Shown: positions 39,830 to 50,197, counted from the stretch's first letter. The stretch: 64,000 bases of DNA from an uncultured Clostridia bacterium (GCA_947631915.1 CANRNC010000004.1:4932-68931), one strand, 5' to 3'. Notes: a model not told the origin generated them from the sequence alone. Made by a program: numbers and translations.

Positions 39830-41476
39830 ATGAGAGTAACATGTAAAGATAAAATAATTGAGGTAGAACAAAATAGTCGAATAAGAGACGTGTTGAAAGA
39901 TGAAATAGAAAATTCACAAAGTGAAATAATTACTTGTATTTGTAATAATAAAGTTAGAAGTCTAAATTATATAATTAAAGAAGATTGTAATATAGAATTG
40001 CTGGATTATACTCATAAAGAAGGCAAAAGAGTATATGTAAGAGGAGCATTATATATAATGGCGAAGGCTTTTAAAGAAATTTATCCAGATGCAAAGTTGA
40101 CTATTAATTATCAATTATCAAATTCTATGTATTGTGTAATATCTAATATGGAAATAACTAATGAAATGATAAGTAAAATTAAAGAAAAAATGAGAGAAAT
40201 TGTAGAAAAAAATATAGAAATAAGAAAAGTTGATATGACAAAAGCAGAAGCGGAAGAACTTTATGAAAAAGAAAAAACAATGAGAGGTATTTTACTACAG
40301 TTAGACAAAAAGGAAGGAAATGATAATGTTTCATTATATTATTGTGAAGATTATTATAATTACTTTTTTGGAGTAATGCCTGTTTCAACTGGAGTAATTA
40401 AAATATTTGATTTAGTAAAATATAAAGATGGTTTTTTAATAAAGTATCCAAGTAGAGAAAAACCAAATGAATTAGCTGAATTTAAAGAAACAAAAAAATT
40501 ATTAGCAACATTAACTGAATATGAAGAAATATATAAGGTTTTAGAGATTGATACTGTGCATAAATTAAATAATAAAGTTGCACTTGATAAAGGAAAGCAA
40601 ACTATAATGCTTTCAGAAGCACTTCATGAGAAAAATATATCAGATATAGCAGATAAAATTACTAGTAATCAATCTGTAAAAATGGTTTTAATAGCAGGAC
40701 CTTCTTCATCTGGAAAAACAACTTTTGCTAATAGATTAGGAATACAATTAATGTTAAATGGAAAAAGACCAGTAACAATATCTGTAGATAACTACTTTGT
40801 AGAAAGAGAAAATAACCCAAAAGATGAATTCGGAAATTACGATTTTGAATGTTTGGAGGCATTAGATACAGAATTATTAAATAATCACATACAGAGACTA
40901 CTAAAAGGAGAAGAAGTAGAGATACCAACTTTTGATTTTACAAGTGGACATAAATATTATAGTGGAAATAGATTAAAATTAGGGGAAAATGATATATTGG
41001 TAATGGAAGGTATTCACTGTTTAAATGATAAATTAACAATTTCAATCCCACGTGAACAAAAATATAAAGTATATATTAGTGATTTAACAGTATTAAACCT
41101 TGATTATTATAATAATATATCAACTACTGATACTAGACTAATTAGAAGAATTGTAAGAGATAATCAATTTAGAGGATATTCTGCATTACAGACAATTAAG
41201 ATTTGGTATTCTGTTAATAGAGGAGAGAGAAAATATATATTTCCATATCAAGAAGAAGCAGATAGCATGTTTAATTCTTCTTTAATATATGAATTATCTG
41301 TATTAAAAGACTATGCGATTCCTTTACTAACAGAAATAGATAGTAATAATCCTGAATGTGCAGAGGCTACTAGATTATGCAATTTATTAAAATACTTTGA
41401 TTCTATACCTGATGATTATATACCAAGAACATCATTAATACGTGAATTTATAGGAGGAAGTGCATTTGATGTATAG
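39830..41476 (+). CDS. uridine/nucleoside kinase-family P-loop protein with N-terminal ThrRS-like TGS + degenerate second-additional-domain
   Basis: P-loop GPSSSGKTTFANRL, then DNYF... and MEGIHCLN. Residues 1-200 are colinear with the ThrRS N-terminus but lack the HxxxH/CxxxH zinc motifs. Confidence 0.75.
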   Translation: MRVTCKDKIIEVEQNSRIRDVLKDEIENSQSEIITCICNNKVRSLNYIIKEDCNIELLDYTHKEGKRVYVRGALYIMAKAFKEIYPDAKLTINYQLSNSMYCVISNMEITNEMISKIKEKMREIVEKNIEIRKVDMTKAEAEELYEKEKTMRGILLQLDKKEGNDNVSLYYCEDYYNYFFGVMPVSTGVIKIFDLVKYKDGFLIKYPSREKPNELAEFKETKKLLATLTEYEEIYKVLEIDTVHKLNNKVALDKGKQTIMLSEALHEKNISDIADKITSNQSVKMVLIAGPSSSGKTTFANRLGIQLMLNGKRPVTISVDNYFVERENNPKDEFGNYDFECLEALDTELLNNHIQRLLKGEEVEIPTFDFTSGHKYYSGNRLKLGENDILVMEGIHCLNDKLTISIPREQKYKVYISDLTVLNLDYYNNISTTDTRLIRRIVRDNQFRGYSALQTIKIWYSVNRGERKYIFPYQEEADSMFNSSLIYELSVLKDYAIPLLTEIDSNNPECAEATRLCNLLKYFDSIPDDYIPRTSLIREFIGGSAFDV

Positions 41477-41777
41477 TAGATTTACCAAGATAGATGAAGA
41501 ATTTATTTGTGAAAATTGTGGAAACAAAGTAACAAAATTAGGATATACTTGTAGAAATCATTGTCCAAAATGTTTATATTCAAAACATGTAGATATAAAT
41601 CCTGGAGATAGACAAGAAGAGTGTCATGGACTTTTAGAACCAATAGGTCTAGAAATGAATAATAAAAAAGGATATATTATAATTTTCAAATGTAAAAAAT
41701 GTGGAGCTATTAGGAAAAATAAAGCAGCAGAAGATGATAATATGGATTTATTAATAAAATTAAGCGCCAAACATTAA
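41460..41777 (+). CDS. RNHCP-domain zinc-ribbon protein
   Basis: CENCGN...CRNHCPKCLYSKHVD...CKKCG. It overlaps the upstream gene by 17 nt. Confidence 0.75.
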   Translation: MHLMYSRFTKIDEEFICENCGNKVTKLGYTCRNHCPKCLYSKHVDINPGDRQEECHGLLEPIGLEMNNKKGYIIIFKCKKCGAIRKNKAAEDDNMDLLIKLSAKH

Positions 41778-41794
41778 GTTTGACGCTTAATTTT
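41760..41794. terminator. bidirectional terminator between convergent RNHCP and GH57 genes
   Basis: TTAAGCGCCAAAC-ATTAA-GTTTGACGCTTAA (one mismatch), flanked by A/T runs. Confidence 0.6.
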
Positions 41795-43391
41795 ATGCAT
41801 AGATCATATAATCAATATCAGGAAATATATTATCTTTTTCCATAATATCATCTAAAAATATTTCATCTACTTCATTATTTTTGATTTGATAATAGAGTTT
41901 TGTGAACCTGCCAATATGATCTTTTATTCTTTTATGTGCATAATCAACCATTGTTTGATTTGTAATAATAAAATTCCAATCACTACTTTGTGCAAGTAAT
42001 AACTCTCGAGCACACTGATTTAATGCTTTACGTTTTAAACTGTCTTTAGGTTCATTAGGGAATGAGTGGGCAAGCTCGACCATTCTATCTCCAGCTACAT
42101 GGTAATGTCTATGAACATAATCATTTAATGGATTTAACCAAACTTCGCTATATCCATTAGCACCCCAACTTGATCTACATGGTATGCATTCCTGAATTTC
42201 AGGATATAAATCAATGTATTCACTAGGAGTAATTAATTTATAGTCACATTTATCATAATAAATTTTTTTAAATAGTATATATAACCAATCAGGACCTTCA
42301 TACCACCAATGACCATAAAGTTCAGCATCATAAGGACATACTATAATAGGTTTATGTCCATCCATTTGAGAATATAAATAATTAATTTGAGCTTGTCTAC
42401 AATCAAAGAAATGTCCTGCTTGTTTTTCAACTGAATCCATTGCCCATTGAGGGTTATAGTAATCTTTATTTTCAGTTTTACCTGTGATTCTATAATATTT
42501 AATTTGAGTATTAACTCTAGCTCCATTATGTGCAATATATGGTTTTATATAATCATAAGGAGCATCATAACCGATATCTCTATAGAATTCACGATAGTTA
42601 GGATCACCAGGATATCCATTTATAGAACTCCAAACTTGTCTAGAAGATTCAATATCTCTACCAAATGCTACTATACCATTAGGAGAGACAATTGGAGCAA
42701 AAGTACCATAGACTGGAGTAGGTCTTGCATAGAGAATTCCATGAGTTTCTGTAATTATATATTGAATTCCAAATTCTTTAAGGTATTTATCTGATTCAGG
42801 AATGTAGCCACATTCAGGAAGCCAGATACCTCTGGGTTTTCTACCAAAGTATTTTTCATAAGTTTGAACCCCAACTGCAATTTGTGCACGAATTGTTTTT
42901 TCATTTAAATACAAAATAGGAAAATATCCATGTGTTGCACCACAAGTAATTATTTCCAATAAACCGATATCTTGAAAATATTTAAAGCCTTGTATTATGT
43001 TACAATTATATATATCTTTAAATATATGCAAATCGTTAGAATATCTATCTAAATAATATTGAGCTAATTTACAAACTTCTTGATTTCCTTTATTACGAAT
43101 AAGTTCCTTTTTAGATAGCTCAATATGTTGTTTTAAATATTTTATATAACGTTTTTGTAGCATTTCATTATCAAGCATAGAAAGAAGAGGAGGGGTTATA
43201 GACATTGTTAATCTAAAATTTACCTTCTCATTTTCTAGTTTTTTAAAATTATTAAGCAAAGGTATATAAGTTTCAGAAATTGCTTCAAATAGCCATTGCT
43301 CCTCTAAATAATCTTCACTTTCTGGGTGATGCACAAAAGGTAAGTGAGCATGTAATATGAAACATACATATCCTTTTTCATTAGTAGTCAT
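41793..43391 (-). CDS. GH57-family alpha-glucan branching enzyme-like protein
   Basis: Motifs FILHAHLPFVHHPE, WLPECGY and CPYDAELYGHWWYEGPDWL. Start at MTTNEKG (GGAGG 8 nt upstream). Confidence 0.85.
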   Translation of the reverse strand: MTTNEKGYVCFILHAHLPFVHHPESEDYLEEQWLFEAISETYIPLLNNFKKLENEKVNFRLTMSITPPLLSMLDNEMLQKRYIKYLKQHIELSKKELIRNKGNQEVCKLAQYYLDRYSNDLHIFKDIYNCNIIQGFKYFQDIGLLEIITCGATHGYFPILYLNEKTIRAQIAVGVQTYEKYFGRKPRGIWLPECGYIPESDKYLKEFGIQYIITETHGILYARPTPVYGTFAPIVSPNGIVAFGRDIESSRQVWSSINGYPGDPNYREFYRDIGYDAPYDYIKPYIAHNGARVNTQIKYYRITGKTENKDYYNPQWAMDSVEKQAGHFFDCRQAQINYLYSQMDGHKPIIVCPYDAELYGHWWYEGPDWLYILFKKIYYDKCDYKLITPSEYIDLYPEIQECIPCRSSWGANGYSEVWLNPLNDYVHRHYHVAGDRMVELAHSFPNEPKDSLKRKALNQCARELLLAQSSDWNFIITNQTMVDYAHKRIKDHIGRFTKLYYQIKNNEVDEIFLDDIMEKDNIFPDIDYMIYA

Positions 43392-43422
43392 AAAACTTTC
43401 CTCCATCCAATTAAATTGTAAG

Positions 43423-43451
43423 GGCACGTTGCACAAAATAAGCAACGTGCC
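43423..43451 (-). other. intercistronic 10-bp perfect stem-loop between the DUF4912 and GH57 genes
   Basis: GGCACGTTGC-N9-GCAACGTGCC, with no U-tract on the transcribed strand. Confidence 0.6.
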
Positions 43452-43475
43452 ACGGTATATTTATAATTATATATA

Positions 43476-44345
43476 TTAAAAAACGTTAGAAGTTGGATTA
43501 CTAGAAGAAGGATTAGAAAAGAATTTATTACTGTCTAAAACTTCATCTTTATATAAATTGCTATAGAAACGATAAACTTTGTGCTTTTTATTATATATAT
43601 TTCCTATATTAGTCATTAAACGTATACTTCCAAAATCTTTTTGAGATATAAAACCAGTTTTTATATTTTTAAATCTTATATTTGAAAAATCAGTTTCATC
43701 GAATAATACATGATCATTAGGAGAAACTAATTGATTAGAAGAAGAAATACATATGTAGCTAGATGTATTATTAATCTCTCGTCTGCCAAGTTCTAATTCA
43801 TATTCACAATCTGGTTCTTGCATACGAAGATACCAACTGTTAGCAAAGTCATTAATTTCAACTTCATAATAAAAATTCTTTGTTTTATTATGAATAAGAA
43901 GAATAGGTTTTGTTTTGCTAAAAAAGTCATTACCGTACTTTTTTATAAAATTTTCTCTATCTGTATCAGAAATATCCCAATATACAAATAATGTTGAAGG
44001 TGTTTGAGCTAATATTTTAACTATTGTTTGATTATATCGATAAGGTAAATCATAATATTCTAAAATTGTATTTTTTACTTTAGCTTTAGAAGTAGATTTA
44101 GTTGAACTTTTTTTAGTTGATTCTCGAGTAACTTTTTTTGCAGTAGTTTTTGTAGAAGAAGTAGATTTCTTTTTTGCAGTAGCTTTATTAGTGGTAACTT
44201 TTTTAGAAGAAGTAGATTTTTTTGCGGAAGTTTTCTTTGTAGTAGCTTTTGCGGAAGAAGTTTTCTTATTAGTAGTTTTTGTTATTTCTTTATTTATATC
44301 ATTTATAGAGTTGTCTGTTTTAACTTTATTTGAAGTTCTTGGCAT
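43476..44345 (-). CDS. DUF4912-like protein with a Lys/Ser/Thr-rich basic N-terminal region
   Basis: YDLPYRYNQTIVKILAQTPSTLFVYWDISD. It is the typical partner gene of GH57 enzymes. GGAGG RBS. Confidence 0.65.
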   Translation of the reverse strand: MPRTSNKVKTDNSINDINKEITKTTNKKTSSAKATTKKTSAKKSTSSKKVTTNKATAKKKSTSSTKTTAKKVTRESTKKSSTKSTSKAKVKNTILEYYDLPYRYNQTIVKILAQTPSTLFVYWDISDTDRENFIKKYGNDFFSKTKPILLIHNKTKNFYYEVEINDFANSWYLRMQEPDCEYELELGRREINNTSSYICISSSNQLVSPNDHVLFDETDFSNIRFKNIKTGFISQKDFGSIRLMTNIGNIYNKKHKVYRFYSNLYKDEVLDSNKFFSNPSSSNPTSNVF

Positions 44346-44479
44346 TATATGGTTTCCTCCTTAGTAAATATATGTTACAATATATTATATAATATATCAA
44401 AAGAATAATTAATTCAATAGAAAAAGCAAAAAATTTAAATTTAGTAAGTATAAAGAGCTAAATATAGTGTAATATAGCA

Positions 44480-44509
44480 TTGACATGATATTATATATAG
44501 GTATATAAT
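44480..44509 (+). promoter_or_regulatory. sigma-A promoter for copA-copZ (TTGACA-18-TATAAT)
   Basis: TTGACA at 44480-44485 and TATAAT at 44504-44509. Confidence 0.55.
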
Positions 44510-44537
44510 AGCTAAAGATAACATGGGAGGATACTTA

Positions 44538-46757
44538 ATGAAGAAAATAATATTAAAAATAGAAGGAATGAGTTGTAGTGCATGTTCAAATGGTTTAGAG
44601 AAATATCTAAATAAACAAGAGGGAATAAAAAGTGCTAGTGTAAATCTAGTAATGGCAAATGCATTAATAGAATTTGACGAGGATAAATTAGATCAAAAAA
44701 AGATAGAAAATTTTGTGAAACAAGCAGGTTTCAAAAGTTTGGGGATTTATAATAACCAAATTGAAGAGCATAACAATAAAAAAGAAAAAGTTACTTTTAT
44801 ATTATTTGGATTATTAGCCATAATTTTATTATATATATCAATGGGGCATATGTTAGGGTTACCAACAATTGAAGAATTAGATATGCATAAGAGTCCAATA
44901 ATTTATGGACTAGTATTATTTGTTTTAACAACAATATTTTTAATATATGGATTTGATATTATTAAGAATGGAGTTAAAAACCTTTTACATAAAGCACCTA
45001 ACATGGATACATTAGTAACAATTGGAGTCATTAGCAGTTATGCATATAGCATATATGGACTGATAATGATTTTAAATGGACATCATCATTATGTTGAAAA
45101 TCTATATTTTGAGTCATCAGCAATTGTTATATTTTTTATAAAACTAGGAAGATATGTTGATTCAATAAGTAAGGACAAAACAAAAGAAGCTATTAAGAAA
45201 CTGGTTCAAATTACTCCGAACACTGCGATAATTAAGGTTAATGGAGAAGAAAAAGAGGTCACAATTGACGAGATAAATAAAGGTGATATACTTGTATGTC
45301 ATCCAGGAGGAAAAATTGCGGTAGATGGAGAAATAGTTGAAGGAAAAGCACATCTTGATGAAACATTTATAACTGGTGAAAGCAAGCCCATAAGCAAAAC
45401 AATTGGTAAGAAGGTTATTGCAGGAAGTATAAATTATGATGGATATTTAGAATATAAAGCAGAAAAGATAGGTAAAGAATCTACAATATCAGAAATTGTA
45501 AGATTAGTAGTTGAAGCTACTAATACAAAAGCACCTATAGCAAGAGTTGCAGATACTGTGAGTGGATATTTTGTACCAGTTGTAATTATTTTGTCCATTA
45601 TAACATTCATCATTTATTTGTTATTAGGTCTAGGATTTAATGAAGCTGTAAATACTTTTGTAACAGTTTTAGTTGTAGCATGCCCATGTGCACTGGGATT
45701 AGCAACTCCACTTGCAATAGTAGTTAGTGAAGGAATGTGTGCAACAAATGGAATATTAGTAAAGAAAAGTGAGATATTAGAAAATGCTCAAAAAATAGAT
45801 ACAATAGTATTTGATAAAACAGGTACTTTAACTTATGGAAATTTAAAAATATCTGAAATATTTAATTATAGTGATTTTAAAGATAATGAGTTATTAAAAC
45901 TAGCAGGAAGTATTGAAAATAAGTCAAATCATCCGATAAGCAAAGCATTCATAGATTATTTAAAAGAAAATAAAATTGAATTATTAGAAGTAGAGGATTT
46001 TAAAGATATAAGTGGATATGGAATTAGAGGAAAAGTAGATGGAAATGAAATAGTACTAGGAAATTCAAAAATACTTAATTTATTTGAAATAGAGAATACA
46101 CATTTAGATGACGAAAGAAAATTAGCTCAAAAAGGAAATAGTATTGTTTATTTAGTAAGAAATGAGACAATAGTTGGAATGATAGGAGTAAATGATATTA
46201 TAAGAGAAAACGTAACAGGTGTTATTGATAAATTGAATAGGAAAAAAATAGAAACAATAATGCTTACTGGAGACAATGAAAAGACAGCTGATATTATAGC
46301 AAAAAGTATAGGAATATCAAACGTAATATCAAATGTATTACCTTCACAGAAAGCCGAAGTAATTAAGAAACTAAAAGATAGTAACAAAAAGGTAATGATG
46401 TGTGGAGATGGAATAAATGATAGTCCTGCATTAGCCAATTCAGATATTGGGGTAAGTATAAATAGTGGAACTGATATAGCAATGGATTCTGCGGATGTTA
46501 TTTTGATGAATGATGATTTAAATAAGATTTTAGATTTAATCTATATTAGTAGAAAAACTATAAACAACATTAAGCAGAATTTATTTTGGGCGTTTTTCTA
46601 CAATAGTTTAATGATTCCAATTGCAATGGGAGTACTAAAGCCTATGGGAATATCAATTAACCCAATGCTAGCAGGATTCACAATGGTTATTAGTAGTTTT
46701 ACTGTAATATTAAATGCATTAAGACTAAAATGTATTAAGTTAGAAAGAGGTGAATAA
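44538..46757 (+). CDS. copA: copper-translocating P1B-type ATPase
   Basis: HMA domain GMSCSACS; motifs TGES, CPCALGLATP, DKTGTLT and GDGINDSPAL. Start at MKKIILKIEG (GGGAGGA upstream). Confidence 0.95.
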   Translation: MKKIILKIEGMSCSACSNGLEKYLNKQEGIKSASVNLVMANALIEFDEDKLDQKKIENFVKQAGFKSLGIYNNQIEEHNNKKEKVTFILFGLLAIILLYISMGHMLGLPTIEELDMHKSPIIYGLVLFVLTTIFLIYGFDIIKNGVKNLLHKAPNMDTLVTIGVISSYAYSIYGLIMILNGHHHYVENLYFESSAIVIFFIKLGRYVDSISKDKTKEAIKKLVQITPNTAIIKVNGEEKEVTIDEINKGDILVCHPGGKIAVDGEIVEGKAHLDETFITGESKPISKTIGKKVIAGSINYDGYLEYKAEKIGKESTISEIVRLVVEATNTKAPIARVADTVSGYFVPVVIILSIITFIIYLLLGLGFNEAVNTFVTVLVVACPCALGLATPLAIVVSEGMCATNGILVKKSEILENAQKIDTIVFDKTGTLTYGNLKISEIFNYSDFKDNELLKLAGSIENKSNHPISKAFIDYLKENKIELLEVEDFKDISGYGIRGKVDGNEIVLGNSKILNLFEIENTHLDDERKLAQKGNSIVYLVRNETIVGMIGVNDIIRENVTGVIDKLNRKKIETIMLTGDNEKTADIIAKSIGISNVISNVLPSQKAEVIKKLKDSNKKVMMCGDGINDSPALANSDIGVSINSGTDIAMDSADVILMNDDLNKILDLIYISRKTINNIKQNLFWAFFYNSLMIPIAMGVLKPMGISINPMLAGFTMVISSFTVILNALRLKCIKLERGE

Positions 46758-46759
46758 AA

Positions 46760-46975
46760 ATGTTTGGAGAAAAAATAATTAAAATAATGTCAGTAGATGG
46801 AATGCATTGTATGCATTGTGCAAAAAAGGTAGAAGATTCATTAAAACAATTAAAAGAAGTTAAGTCAGTAAAAGTAAACCTTGAAGAAAAGAAAGTAGAA
46901 ATCATTTTAAAATCAGAGATAGACGATAAGATTTTAAAAGATACAATTGAAAATCTTGGATATACTGTATTATAA
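46760..46975 (+). CDS. copZ: copper chaperone CopZ (HMA domain)
   Basis: VDGMHCMHCAKKV (CxxC). It starts 2 nt after copA. Confidence 0.9.
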   Translation: MFGEKIIKIMSVDGMHCMHCAKKVEDSLKQLKEVKSVKVNLEEKKVEIILKSEIDDKILKDTIENLGYTVL

Positions 46976-46988
46976 ATAAATGTTTTAT

Positions 46989-47014
46989 AGGTGTGCATAT
47001 TGCACACCTTTTTA
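46989..47014 (+). terminator. rho-independent terminator after copZ
   Basis: AGGTGTGCA-TAT-TGCACACCT followed by TTTT. Confidence 0.85.
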
Positions 47015-47101
47015 AATGCGATTAGCATTAATAAAATATAATGGCAGACTTTTCTAATAACTTTAATACAAATTATGTAAAACAAAAAATAAAAAAAACG
47101 C

Positions 47102-47130
47102 TTGACAATAAGTAATATTAAATATAAAAT
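47102..47130 (+). promoter_or_regulatory. sigma-A promoter for rny (TTGACA-17-TAAAAT)
   Basis: TTGACA at 47102-47107 and TAAAAT at 47125-47130. Confidence 0.6.
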
Positions 47131-47220
47131 ATATACTAGGTTAAATATATTCTAAATAAATAAATATTTTTTATATATATTATCTGAACATTGAAAATTT
47201 AATAGAAAAGAGGAATGAAT

Positions 47221-48762
47221 ATGGAAATAATTGCCATAATTGCCACTTTTCTAATCTCAGCAATAATTTTTATTCCAGTAGGAGTATTAATTAGAAAAAA
47301 AATAGCAGAATCTAAATTAGCAGGAGCAGAAGGAGAAGCACAAAAAATATTAGAGTTAGCAAAGAAAGAAGCAGAAACAATAAAAAAAGAAGAAGTATTT
47401 AAAGCCAGAGAGGAAATAATCCATGCGAAAGAAGATTTAGAAAAAGAGATTAGACAAAGAACAGGCGATTTAAATGCTAAAGAAGCTAGAATCACAAAAA
47501 GAGAAGAAAACATTGAAAGAAGGACAGAAAATTTTGAAATTAAGGAAAAAGAACTTGAAAGTAAAGAACAAGAAATTGAGAAAGCCAAAAAAGATCTAGA
47601 AGAATTAGAAGGAAAAAAGATTTCTGAACTTGAAAGAATAGCAAATTTATCTAGAGACGATGCAAAAACAATGTTACTAAAAGAATTAGAGAAACAACTA
47701 ACAGTTGAAAAAGCAAATTTACTTATGGAGATGGACACTCAAATTAAGGAAGAAGCAAATCAAAAAGCAAAAGAAATATTAACATATACAGTTCAAAAAT
47801 GTGCAGCAGATCATACAGCAGAAACAACAGTGTCTATAGTAGCTCTTCCAAATGACGATATGAAAGGAAGAATTATAGGACGTGAAGGAAGAAATATAAA
47901 AACTTTAGAGACATTAACTGGAATAGATTTAATAATAGATGACACGCCAGAAGCTGTTGTAATATCAGGATTTGATCCATTAAGAAGAGAAGTTGCTAAA
48001 ATCGCTTTGGAAAAACTAATTGAAGATGGAAGAATTCATCCAGCAAAAATAGAAGAGACAGTTGAGAAAGCAAAAGAAGAAGTAGCTGCTACAATTAAGT
48101 CAGAAGGTGAAAGAGCAACTCTTGAAACTGGGGTAATAGGATTAAATCCAGAATTAATAAAACTTATAGGTAAATTAAAATACAGAACAAGTTATGGTCA
48201 AAATGTTTTAAATCATTCTATAGAAGTATCAAATCTTGCAAGAATTATGGCAGAGGAACTAGGGCTAGATGCTAAGCGAGCAGCAAGAGCTGGTTTATTA
48301 CATGATATTGGAAAGGCGTTAGATCATGATATGGAAGGAACACATGTTGAAATCGGTGTTGATGTACTTAAAAAATTCAAAGAAAATGAATTAGTTATAA
48401 ATGCAGTACAAGCACATCATGGCGATGTTGAACCTCAAACTCTAGAAGCAGTATTAGTACAAGCTGCTGATGCAATTTCTGCATCAAGACCTGGAGCAAG
48501 AAGAGAAACACTAGAGGCATACATAAAAAGATTAGAGAAACTTGAAGAAATTGCAGATTCTTTTGAAGGTGTAGACAAATCTTATGCTATACAAGCTGGA
48601 CGTGAAGTAAGAATTATTGTAAAACCTGAAAAAGTATCAGAAGCTGAAATGACATTAATGGCACGTGATATTGCAACACGTGTAGAAAATGAAATGGAAT
48701 ATCCAGGACAAATAAAAGTTAATGTGATTAGAGAATCAAGAGCAATAGAATATGCAAAATAA
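47221..48762 (+). CDS. rny: ribonuclease Y
   Basis: N-terminal TM, coiled coil, KH domain ([12 protein letters not shown]) and HD domain ([10 protein letters not shown]). Confidence 0.95.
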   Translation: MEIIAIIATFLISAIIFIPVGVLIRKKIAESKLAGAEGEAQKILELAKKEAETIKKEEVFKAREEIIHAKEDLEKEIRQRTGDLNAKEARITKREENIERRTENFEIKEKELESKEQEIEKAKKDLEELEGKKISELERIANLSRDDAKTMLLKELEKQLTVEKANLLMEMDTQIKEEANQKAKEILTYTVQKCAADHTAETTVSIVALPNDDMKGRIIGREGRNIKTLETLTGIDLIIDDTPEAVVISGFDPLRREVAKIALEKLIEDGRIHPAKIEETVEKAKEEVAATIKSEGERATLETGVIGLNPELIKLIGKLKYRTSYGQNVLNHSIEVSNLARIMAEELGLDAKRAARAGLLHDIGKALDHDMEGTHVEIGVDVLKKFKENELVINAVQAHHGDVEPQTLEAVLVQAADAISASRPGARRETLEAYIKRLEKLEEIADSFEGVDKSYAIQAGREVRIIVKPEKVSEAEMTLMARDIATRVENEMEYPGQIKVNVIRESRAIEYAK

Positions 48763-48795
48763 AAAGAAAGGCTTTAAGCCTTTCTTTTTATTTTG
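48763..48795 (+). terminator. rho-independent terminator after rny
   Basis: AAAGAAAGGC-TTTA-GCCTTTCTTT followed by a T-run. Confidence 0.85.
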
Positions 48796-48906
48796 CATAA
48801 GAACATTAAATATTGCAAATTAAAGAAATATTAATATAAAATATTCCATTTTGCTATAATTTATTGTATAATTATAAAATAATAAAAAGCAGAGAGGAAG
48901 GTAAGA

Positions 48907-49677
48907 ATGAGAATATTAGCAGTTGGGGATTTAATAGGAGAAAGTGGATTGAAAAAAGCACAAGAAGTTGTTGAAAGAATAAGAAGAGAAGAAAATATAG
49001 ATTTTATAATTGTTAATGGGGAAAATGTAGCAGAAGGGATGGGAATTAATCAGAAATACTTTAATGCGATTTTATCTATGGGAACAAATGTAGTTACTAT
49101 GGGAAATCATACTTGGGCAAAGAAAGATATATTCACTTTTATAGAACATGAACAGTTAATAAGACCAGCAAACTATACAGAAGGCGTTCCAGGTAAAGGA
49201 TATGTTATATGCAAATGTAATAACAAGAAAATAGCAGTAGTTAATCTTATTGGAAGAACAGAAATGGGGGTTTTAAGTGAAAATCCTTTTGTAATTGGAA
49301 GAAAATTAATTGAAGAATTAAAAGAAAATGTGGATATAATAATAGTAGATTTTCATGCTGAAGCATCAGCTGAAAAAGTTGCTATGGGAAACTATTTAGA
49401 CGGAATTGCAACAATAGTATATGGAACTCATACACATGTTCAAACAGCAGATGATAGAATTTTACCTGAAGGAACAGCATATATTACAGATATTGGAATG
49501 ACAGGACCTAAAAATTCTGTAATTGGAATGGATGTAAAAGCATCTCTAAAAAGATTTGTAACAACATTACCAGAGAGATATAAAATGGCAGATGGAGAAT
49601 GTATTTTTAATGGTTGTATTTTTGACATTAATGACGAAACATGTCAAGTCGAGAATATTACTAGATTATATTTGTAG
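48907..49677 (+). CDS. ymdB: YmdB-family metallophosphoesterase (2',3'-cyclic-nucleotide phosphodiesterase)
   Basis: Motifs GDLIGESG, VNGENVAEGMGI, GNHTW and DFHAEASAEK. Conserved position after rny. Confidence 0.9.
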   Translation: MRILAVGDLIGESGLKKAQEVVERIRREENIDFIIVNGENVAEGMGINQKYFNAILSMGTNVVTMGNHTWAKKDIFTFIEHEQLIRPANYTEGVPGKGYVICKCNNKKIAVVNLIGRTEMGVLSENPFVIGRKLIEELKENVDIIIVDFHAEASAEKVAMGNYLDGIATIVYGTHTHVQTADDRILPEGTAYITDIGMTGPKNSVIGMDVKASLKRFVTTLPERYKMADGECIFNGCIFDINDETCQVENITRLYL

Positions 49678-49848
49678 AAAAAATGCGAAAATAAAAGAAA
49701 AATGTAAATGAAAACTTCCATAAATTTCCAAAAACATATAGACATGGAGACTAAAAAGTACTATAAATATATTTGTTCAATCGTAGGAAATTTTATTTCC
49801 TATTGTTCAGAAAAGAAATAAAAATTAAATTAAAGGAGGCACAAACAA

Positions 49849-50112
49849 ATGGAAGTTTTAAAAATCTCATCAAAATCAAATCCAAATTCAGTAGCAGGAG
49901 CAATCGCTGGATTGGTAAAGGAAAATAGTAGAGCAGAAATGCAAGCTATAGGTGCAGGAGCACTAAATCAAGCAATAAAGGCAGTTGCAATAGCAAGAGG
50001 ATTTGTTGCACCATCAGGAGTGGATTTGGTATGTGTACCAGCATTTGCAGAGGTAGAAGTAGAAGGAGAGGATAGAACAGGAATAAAAATTCTTGTTGAA
50101 TCAAGAGTTTAA
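49849..50112 (+). CDS. spoVS: stage V sporulation protein S
   Basis: MEVLKISSKSNPNSVAGAIAG...AIGAGALNQAIKAVAIARGF. Confidence 0.95.
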   Translation: MEVLKISSKSNPNSVAGAIAGLVKENSRAEMQAIGAGALNQAIKAVAIARGFVAPSGVDLVCVPAFAEVEVEGEDRTGIKILVESRV

Positions 50113-50138
50113 TTAATAGAATTATCATTAATATCAAT

Positions 50139-50197
50139 AGAGACGTAGAGATTAATATTATGGCTAGCATAGTTCCATGATTATCTACGTCTCTTTT
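50139..50197 (+). terminator. long-loop hairpin after spoVS (11-bp stem, about 34-nt loop, short U-tract)
   Basis: AGAGACGTAGA at 50139-50149 pairs with TCTACGTCTCT at 50184-50194, followed by TTT. Confidence 0.45.

Noticed and set aside
46735-47085. 116-aa minus-strand ORF covering copZ.
   Set aside because: copZ on the plus strand has the CxxC HMA signature and tight coupling to copA. The antisense translation has no recognisable features.
49784-49802. Palindrome TAGGAAA-N5-TTTCCTA and a possible sigma-H-like AGGAAAT element upstream of spoVS.
   Set aside because: No matching GAAT -10 element lies at the proper spacing. A 7-bp AT-rich palindrome is not distinctive in this composition.
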